A stretch of DNA of 24,000 nucleotides from positions 263,663-287,662 of the forward strand of contig NZ_JABAIM010000004.1 of NCBI RefSeq assembly GCF_012641365.1, written 5' to 3'. Source of the DNA: Leeia aquatica. GTDB taxonomy: Bacteria; Pseudomonadota; Gammaproteobacteria; Burkholderiales; Leeiaceae. Numbering within the stretch: position 1 is the stretch's first letter; the number at the start of each line of letters is the position of its first letter. The notes beneath the pieces were generated by a model. That model was not told the origin of the DNA. It saw nothing but the letters and a program-made list of their open reading frames with translations, and did no database searches. Of the stretch, positions 18,745 to 24,000 are shown in pieces. The position numbers and the translations under genes were made by a program.

Positions 18745-20436
18745 TTAATGGGCCATCAGCGACAGATGCTCGGCAATCGGGCCTAAAACCAGTACCGGCA
18801 AGAACTGCAGCAGGGTCAGGATCACCACCACCGCAATCAGCGTGAGGGCAAAGGTCGGTGTTTCTACTTGCAGACTACCGCCACCTTCGGGGGCAACTCG
18901 CTTGCTGCCCAAACGGGCTGCAATGATCAGCGGCAAGATCAGTGCGGGGTAGCGTCCGAGTAACAGGACCAATGCGCAGCTCAGGTTCCACCAGTAACTG
19001 GCATCACCCAGCCCCTCAAAGCCAGAGCCATTGTTGGCAAATGCCGAGGTGAACTCATAAAACACCTGGCTGATGCCATGGAAGCCCGGATTGGAATTGC
19101 CGGTGAGGGCGGGCAGGCTCAGCGTCAGCGCGGTCATGCCCAAAAGCACCAGCGGCTGCAGCAGGACCAGTACCGCCAGCAATTTCACTTCACCGGCTTC
19201 CACCTTGCGGCCAAACAATTCCGGTGTCCGGCCCGTCATCAATCCTGCCAAAAACACCGACAGCAGCAGGTACACCAGAAACTGCTGCAAACCGCAGCCA
19301 ACACCGCCCCAGATGGCATTGATCAGCATATTGCTCATTGCGACCATGCCGGTCAGCGGGGTCAGCGAATCATGCATGGCATTGACAGAGCCATTGCTGC
19401 TTTGGGTGGTGAAGGCCGACCAGACTGCTGACGCATCCACGCCCAGGCGTACCTCTTTGCCTTCCATGACGACCTGGCTTGAAGCCACTGCTGGGTGACT
19501 TTCTAGCCACCATGAGGCGGTCGCGGACAGGAGCGACATCAGCAACATGGTGCCCAGCACCAGGGCCGAGAACTTCTTGCGCCCGGTAAACGGGCCGATC
19601 ATGAATGCAATGGCGACCGGGAACAAAATCAAGGCCAGACATTGCAGCAAGTTGGTCAGCGGGCTGGGGTTTTCCAGCGCCACACTGCTGTTCGGGCCAT
19701 ACCAGCCACCACCATTGGTACCCAACTGCTTGACTGACACCATGGCGGCGACGGGGCCAAGCGGAATCTTTTGCGTCGCCATGCCTGCGCTGGCGTCAAC
19801 AGGGTGCGCCACGGGCCCTGCCGACAAGGTTGAGGGCACGCCTTGGGTAGTGAGCAACACGGCAAACAGCATTGCCACGGGGATAAATACCCGTACTGCA
19901 GGGCGCAGGACATCAGCCCAGTAATTCCCGACATCCAGTGCGGCGCCCGCCTGTTCGGTCTTGCGACCGCCAAACAGACCACGCAAGGTGGCGGCCACCA
20001 GCGCGAGGCCCATCATCGGGGTGATGACTTGCAAGCCAACGATGCAGGTCATCTGGGACAGGTAAGATAGCTGAGCTTGACCCGAGTAATGCTGCTGATT
20101 GGTGTTGGTCAAAAAGGACACCATGGTGTGCAGCGCCAAATCCCAGCGCATATTCGGCACACCATCCGGGTTGAGGGGGAGCCAGCCCTGGCACATCAGC
20201 TGCACCCACACCACTCCGGCCAGCATCAGGTTACTGAACAGGAACGCCTTGGCGTAGGCTTGCCAGCGCATGCCCTGCGCAGGGTCCACCCCCAGCAGGC
20301 GGTAAACCGGGGCTTCAATCCAGCCAAAGCAGCGATCGCCCCGCATGGGGGCGCCTTTCATGACCGCTGAAAGGTAATGGCCTAGCGGCCAGCCGAGCAC
20401 CAAGGCCAGTGCCAGCACAAGAAACAGGTCTAACAC
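18745..20436 (-). CDS. kdpA: K+-transporting ATPase channel-like subunit KdpA
   Basis: 563-aa polytopic ORF with a GTG start at 20436 and a GGAGA SD. The selectivity-filter-like segments NTNQQHYSG, GTNGGGWYGPNSS and ANNGSGFEG parallel E. coli KdpA. Confidence 0.95.
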   Translation of the reverse strand: MLDLFLVLALALVLGWPLGHYLSAVMKGAPMRGDRCFGWIEAPVYRLLGVDPAQGMRWQAYAKAFLFSNLMLAGVVWVQLMCQGWLPLNPDGVPNMRWDLALHTMVSFLTNTNQQHYSGQAQLSYLSQMTCIVGLQVITPMMGLALVAATLRGLFGGRKTEQAGAALDVGNYWADVLRPAVRVFIPVAMLFAVLLTTQGVPSTLSAGPVAHPVDASAGMATQKIPLGPVAAMVSVKQLGTNGGGWYGPNSSVALENPSPLTNLLQCLALILFPVAIAFMIGPFTGRKKFSALVLGTMLLMSLLSATASWWLESHPAVASSQVVMEGKEVRLGVDASAVWSAFTTQSSNGSVNAMHDSLTPLTGMVAMSNMLINAIWGGVGCGLQQFLVYLLLSVFLAGLMTGRTPELFGRKVEAGEVKLLAVLVLLQPLVLLGMTALTLSLPALTGNSNPGFHGISQVFYEFTSAFANNGSGFEGLGDASYWWNLSCALVLLLGRYPALILPLIIAARLGSKRVAPEGGGSLQVETPTFALTLIAVVVILTLLQFLPVLVLGPIAEHLSLMAH

Positions 20437-20513
20437 GCGATTCTCCTGGTAATGAACACAGGAGAAATTCTGGCTGCGCAGCCCGTAAAGTTACTATTCC
20501 AGCCAGGCCGGGT

Positions 20514-20535
20514 TTGCGTAAATTCTGCATAAATT
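20514..20535 (-). promoter_or_regulatory. Candidate KdpE operator (11-bp tandem direct repeat)
   Basis: The minus strand reads AATTTATGCAG AATTTACGCAA, with 9 of 11 positions identical between repeats. The half-sites TTTATG and TTTACG are 11 bp apart, against TTTATA and TTTACA in the E. coli kdpFABC operator. It lies 78-99 nt upstream of the kdpA start. Confidence 0.5.
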
Positions 20536-20658
20536 GGGGCTGCACAGCGTAAAGCTTGCTGGTGAACGACTTACACATGCGCTGGCAAGGCATGGCAAAT
20601 ACACATATGGCACTGCTGGCGGTCTAATGGCGTTAAGGCAATTGGTGTAAGGCATGGG

Positions 20659-20746
<88 letters not shown>

Positions 20747-20789
20747 GCTGAAAGCTGCTGACCGGACGGCAGCAGCAAAGGTGCTGCGC

Positions 20790-20818
20790 ATTATACCGCG
20801 CAGCCCGGGTTGTGACGA
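20790..20818 (-). promoter_or_regulatory. sigma70 promoter of tRNA-Ser
   Basis: The minus strand reads TCGTCA, a 17-nt spacer, then TATAAT (perfect -10, 20795-20790). This is followed by a GC-rich discriminator GCGCAGC, as in stringently controlled stable-RNA promoters. It lies about 40 nt upstream of the mature 5' end. Confidence 0.6.
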
Positions 20819-20906
20819 GAGCTGAGGTGGAAACTTTCCTGGGTTCCCGGTAGTCTTACGCTCCAACAACCCGTGGTGGGTTGATCTCAACGCAAGGAGT
20901 TCCAAC

Positions 20907-21590
20907 ATGCAACCCTATGGCATCCCGAGTTACGGCGCTGCCGCTGGCCTGCAAGAGCGCAACAAGGTGTTGCGCAATACCTATCTGCTGCTCGCGCTGT
21001 CCATGATCCCGACCATTGCCGGTGCGCTGCTGGGCATGCAAATGCACTTCATGATGGGTGGCCTGGGCCTGCGCTTACTGGTGTTCATTGGCGTATCGTT
21101 TGCCTTCATGTTCATGATCGAGCGGACCAAGCACAGCAGCATGGGCGTGGTGTTGTTGCTGGCGTTCACCTTCTTTATGGGCTTCTGGCTGTCGCAGTTG
21201 CTGCAAGTGGCGCTGATGTTCCGTAACGGTGCTCAGGCGATTGGTCTGGCCGGTGGTGCTACGGCGACCATCTTCTTCGCACTCTCCACGCTGGCGACCG
21301 TGACCAAGAAGGATTTCAGCTTCCTGGGCAAGTTCCTGTTCATTGGCTTGATCGTGATGCTGGTGGCTGGTATTGCCAATATGTTCCTGCACCTGCCGGT
21401 GATGACGCTGGTGCTGTGCTCGATGGGTGCGCTGATTTTCAGCCTGTACATCCTGTACGACGTGAGCCGGGTGGTGAACGGTGGTGAAACCAATTACATC
21501 ACTGCTGCATTGGCGATCTATCTGGACATCTATGGTCTGTTCCAGAACCTGCTGGTGCTGATCCTGTCGTTGACCGGTAATGACGACTAA
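20907..21590 (+). CDS. Bax inhibitor-1/YccA-family (TMBIM) membrane protein
   Basis: 227-aa ORF with an AAGGAG SD and seven hydrophobic segments. The N-terminal NKVLRNTYLLLALSM and the C-terminal AALAIYLDIYGLFQNLLVLI match the BI-1/YccA family pattern. Confidence 0.85.
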   Translation: MQPYGIPSYGAAAGLQERNKVLRNTYLLLALSMIPTIAGALLGMQMHFMMGGLGLRLLVFIGVSFAFMFMIERTKHSSMGVVLLLAFTFFMGFWLSQLLQVALMFRNGAQAIGLAGGATATIFFALSTLATVTKKDFSFLGKFLFIGLIVMLVAGIANMFLHLPVMTLVLCSMGALIFSLYILYDVSRVVNGGETNYITAALAIYLDIYGLFQNLLVLILSLTGNDD

Positions 21591-21607
21591 AGGCCAAGCG
21601 TCCTGCC

Positions 21608-21642
21608 AACAAAAAACCGACCCTGGGGTCGGTTTTTTGTTG
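21608..21642. terminator. Bidirectional rho-independent terminator
   Basis: CAACAAAAAACCGACC-CTGG-GGTCGGTTTTTTGTTG has a GC core stem flanked by an A-tract and a T-tract, so either strand yields a hairpin plus U-run. It sits between the convergent BI-1 and PQ-loop genes. Confidence 0.85.
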
Positions 21643-21659
21643 GGCATCCATGTAACGGC

Positions 21660-21989
21660 TTAGCGGGCAACGCCCGGTATTGGCAGCTTGGGGCCGACTT
21701 CGCGACGCTCAAACTGGCGGCGGCGCAGCAGGGTCAAACCATAGACGGTGGCACAACCGATCAGGTGGCCGGTGGAGACACCCACCCAGGGCAGGTCTTT
21801 CACCACCAGTGCGGCGTACAGCAGGGTGACCAATGAGGTGAAGGTCCAGACCCCCCACGACCACAGCGAGACGGCGCGCGCGCCTTCCTGGTCACGCCAG
21901 ATCATCAGTGCCTGCGGGATATAAACGGCCAGCAGGCCGATGCCGCAGATACTGTAGAGGAAGGTGATGGACTGGTTCAGCAACGACAT
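21660..21989 (-). CDS. Small three-TM PQ-loop (SemiSWEET-like) membrane protein
   Basis: 109-aa ORF with three hydrophobic helices. The pattern YIPQALMIWRDQEGARAVSLWSW...LLYAALVVKDLPWV fits the PQ-loop/MtN3 half-transporter pattern (PQ at the end of TM1, a basic loop, then xVS...W...YA...DxP). This is a motif-level call only. Confidence 0.5.
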   Translation of the reverse strand: MSLLNQSITFLYSICGIGLLAVYIPQALMIWRDQEGARAVSLWSWGVWTFTSLVTLLYAALVVKDLPWVGVSTGHLIGCATVYGLTLLRRRQFERREVGPKLPIPGVAR

Positions 21990-22017
21990 GATTCACACTC
22001 GATATATTAGCCAGCGA

Positions 22018-22046
22018 ACTATAGCAGTTTTCGCATGCTGTGTCGC
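22018..22046 (-). promoter_or_regulatory. Candidate sigma70 promoter of the PQ-loop gene
   Basis: The minus strand reads GCGACA (22046-22041), a 17-nt spacer, then TATAGT (22023-22018). It lies about 30 nt upstream of the ATG at 21989. Confidence 0.4.
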
Positions 22047-22049
22047 AAC

Positions 22050-22102
22050 AATTGGTCAAAAACCGACAAACGGCGTGACCATTTGTCGAATTTTGACCAA
22101 TT
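22050..22102. repeat. Inverted repeat with 21-bp arms (19 of 21 matching) and an 11-bp spacer
   Basis: AATTGGTCAAAAACCGACAAA (22050-22070) and TTTGTCGAATTTTGACCAATT (22082-22102). It lies 9 nt downstream of the rlmD stop and 3 nt upstream of the -35 proposed for the PQ-loop gene. Confidence 0.8.
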
Positions 22103-22111
22103 AAAGTCGCG

Positions 22112-23443
22112 TCAAGGGCGCTCGAACCAAGCGATGCTTTCGACGTGTGCGGTATGCGGGAACATATTGACCACGCCCGCTGCCATCAGCCGGTAGCCAT
22201 GTACATTCACCAGCACTCCGGCATCCCGCGCCAGGGTGGAAGGGCTGCAGGACACGTAAACAATACGCTTGAGCGCATCCGGTCGACGTGCCAGTGCAGT
22301 GCCGAGTGATTTGACCAGCTCAATTGCGCCATCGCGCGGCGGGTCGATCAGCATGCGGTCGAAATCGCCCAGCGCGGCAAAACCGGCTTCGTCGATCTCG
22401 AACAGGTTGGCTTCGGTAAAGCGGGTCAAGTGGCTGAGGCCATTATGACTGGCGTTTTCCAGCGCACGCTGGCACAGCTGGCGGCTACCTTCCATCCCCA
22501 GCACCTGCGCACCCCGGCGTGCGATGGGCAGCGTGAAGTTGCCCAGCCCGCAGAACATGTCGGCAATCTGTTCGCCCGGCTGTGGGTCCAGCAGGTCAAT
22601 GGCACGTTTCACCAGCACCTGGTTGATGTGCGGGTTGACCTGGGTGAACTCGGTCGGCTTGTAGGGCATCTCGATACCGAATTCCGGCAGGCGGTAGCAC
22701 AGGCGCGGGGCATCCAGCGGATACAGCGGGTAGGCGGTATCCGGGCCTTTCGGTTGCAGCCAGAACTGCAGCGGTTGGGCCGGTGTGCTGTGCTGCTGGA
22801 TGAAGGCTTGCAGCTGCAGCTCATCCGCCGGGGTCAGCGGGTCCATATTGCGCAGTACCAGTGCGGTGACATCGTCTCCCACCGCCAGCTCGATCTGCGG
22901 CATGCGCTGGGCGATGGAGAGCGAAGCGATCAGTGTACGCAGCGGCAGCAACAGGTCGGAGACAAAGCGCGGCAGCACCTCACAGGACTGCATGTCGGCA
23001 ATGAAGCTGGAGCGTTTCTCATGGAATCCAATTAGCATGCCGCCTTTCTTCACCACCAGTCGGGCCGACAGGCGGGCACGATGGCGGTAACCCCAGGTCG
23101 GGCCGTAGATGGCGGGCAGGATGCGCTCGGCTTTCACCTTGCCGATGTGCCAGAGGTTATCCTCCAGCACACGCTGCTTGGCCGCCACCTGGGCCGCTGG
23201 CTCCAGATGCTGCATCGAACAGCCGCCACAGACGCCAAAGTGCGGGCAACGGGGTGTCACCCGCTGGCTGCTGTGCTGCAGGATGCGGACGGCTTGTGCG
23301 CTCTCAAAGTTTGGCTTCTTGCGATAACTGCTGTACTCCACCACCTCACCCGGCAGGGCGCCGTCAATGAAAATGGTTTTGCCATCGACATGGGCGACAC
23401 CATGGCCTTCATGGTCGAGCGATTCAATCTGGGCAATCGGCAT
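22112..23443 (-). CDS. rlmD: 23S rRNA (uracil1939-C5)-methyltransferase RlmD (RumA)
   Basis: 443-aa ORF with an N-terminal TRAM domain ([30 protein letters not shown]). Fe-S cysteines [17 protein letters not shown] motif [14 protein letters not shown]. Catalytic C-terminus [12 protein letters not shown]. Confidence 0.92.
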   Translation of the reverse strand: MPIAQIESLDHEGHGVAHVDGKTIFIDGALPGEVVEYSSYRKKPNFESAQAVRILQHSSQRVTPRCPHFGVCGGCSMQHLEPAAQVAAKQRVLEDNLWHIGKVKAERILPAIYGPTWGYRHRARLSARLVVKKGGMLIGFHEKRSSFIADMQSCEVLPRFVSDLLLPLRTLIASLSIAQRMPQIELAVGDDVTALVLRNMDPLTPADELQLQAFIQQHSTPAQPLQFWLQPKGPDTAYPLYPLDAPRLCYRLPEFGIEMPYKPTEFTQVNPHINQVLVKRAIDLLDPQPGEQIADMFCGLGNFTLPIARRGAQVLGMEGSRQLCQRALENASHNGLSHLTRFTEANLFEIDEAGFAALGDFDRMLIDPPRDGAIELVKSLGTALARRPDALKRIVYVSCSPSTLARDAGVLVNVHGYRLMAAGVVNMFPHTAHVESIAWFERP

Positions 23444-23471
23444 GGCCCTTTACCTTCCGTGCATCAAGTAT

Positions 23472-24000
23472 TCAGGCTGGCAAACGTGCTGCCAGCAGGG
23501 TTGTAATACAGTCCGGCAGCTGGTCCGGCTGTCGGCAAAATCCATCCGGCTGGGCGGCGTGCAGCTCGGCATCGCTGCCATAGCCCCAGCACACTGCCAG
23601 CGCGTGCACCCCGGCACGGCGGGCGGCCAGCAGGTCGTTGTCGCGGTCGCCAATCATCAGGCAATCCTGCAGCGGGAGCTGTAGCCGGGTGGTCAGGCGT
23701 TCGATCTGCACCGCCTTGTCGTCCAGGCTGGCATCCAGCGCCGCACCAGAAATGGCGCGAAAACGCGCGGCCAGGCCAAAATGCTGCAGGATGCGCTCTG
23801 CGGGCTGCTGCGGTTTGGCGGTGACCACATACAAGGTGTGTCCCAGCGTGGTTAGCTGATCCAGCGCCTGCGGGATGCCTGCGTAGACCTGATTCTCGAA
23901 TAGCCCCGTCTGGTTATAGCGCTCACGATAGGCGGCGATGGCCGCCTCGGTGAGGTCGTCCCGCCCCAGCAATTGCGGGAAGCTCTTGCGCAAGGGCGGG
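23472..24000 (-). CDS. HAD-superfamily phosphatase (phosphoglycolate phosphatase-like), 5'-truncated by the window edge
   Basis: The frame is open to the window end. VVTAKPQ (motif II-like), K...MIGDRDNDLLAARRAGV (motifs III/IV) and AVCWGYG are typical of Gph-like HAD-IA enzymes. N-terminal motif I must lie beyond 24000. Confidence 0.75.
   Translation of the reverse strand, partial: PPLRKSFPQLLGRDDLTEAAIAAYRERYNQTGLFENQVYAGIPQALDQLTTLGHTLYVVTAKPQQPAERILQHFGLAARFRAISGAALDASLDDKAVQIERLTTRLQLPLQDCLMIGDRDNDLLAARRAGVHALAVCWGYGSDAELHAAQPDGFCRQPDQLPDCITTLLAARLPA

Noticed and set aside
20315-20593. A 92-aa minus-strand ORF upstream of and overlapping kdpA, considered as a possible kdpF or leader peptide.
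   Set aside because: It is not hydrophobic, is out of frame with kdpA and overlaps it by about 120 nt. It has no SD and covers the putative KdpE operator and promoter.
20586-20625. Several TGGCA(A/C) motifs on the plus strand downstream of the tRNA, considered as sigma54 -24 boxes.
   Set aside because: None has a GC dinucleotide at the required 10-nt spacing, and they point away from any nearby plus-strand gene start.

Overview
This is a GC-rich chromosomal segment with strong G/C third-position bias. The protein sequences look betaproteobacterial (Neisseriales/Chromobacteriaceae-like); that placement is a low-confidence impression. Almost all of it is recognisable core genome.

Plus strand, 175-6809: the rod-shape/elongasome cluster mreB-mreC-mreD-mrdA(PBP2)-rodA-rlpA, with overlapping or tightly spaced junctions and an intrinsic hairpin between mreB and mreC.

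Minus strand, 6795-20436: twelve co-directional genes. In transcription order they are kdpA-kdpB-kdpC-kdpD-kdpE, a HAD hydrolase, a secreted DUF4124-like protein, ntrB-ntrC, a Trp-rich polytopic membrane protein with no motif I recognise, and a GT9-fold (heptosyltransferase-like) glycosyltransferase.

Remainder: tRNA-Ser(UGA) (20659-20746, minus), a BI-1/YccA-family membrane protein, a small PQ-loop/SemiSWEET-like protein, rlmD, and a 5'-truncated phosphoglycolate-phosphatase-like HAD gene at the window edge.

Regulatory sites readable from the sequence:
- a near-consensus NtrC palindrome, a second weaker site, and a GG-N10-GC sigma54 promoter upstream of ntrB;
- an 11-bp-phased TTTATG/TTTACG direct repeat upstream of kdpA that resembles the E. 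coli KdpE box;
- a consensus TATAAT promoter for the tRNA;
- a bidirectional terminator at 21608-21642;
- a 21-bp-arm inverted repeat at 22050-22102.

I see no CRISPR array, transposase, integrase, phage genes or known defence-system hallmarks. The only candidate for something undescribed is the two-gene tail fused to ntrBC (6795-8724). It is an inference from gene organisation, not a demonstrated system.
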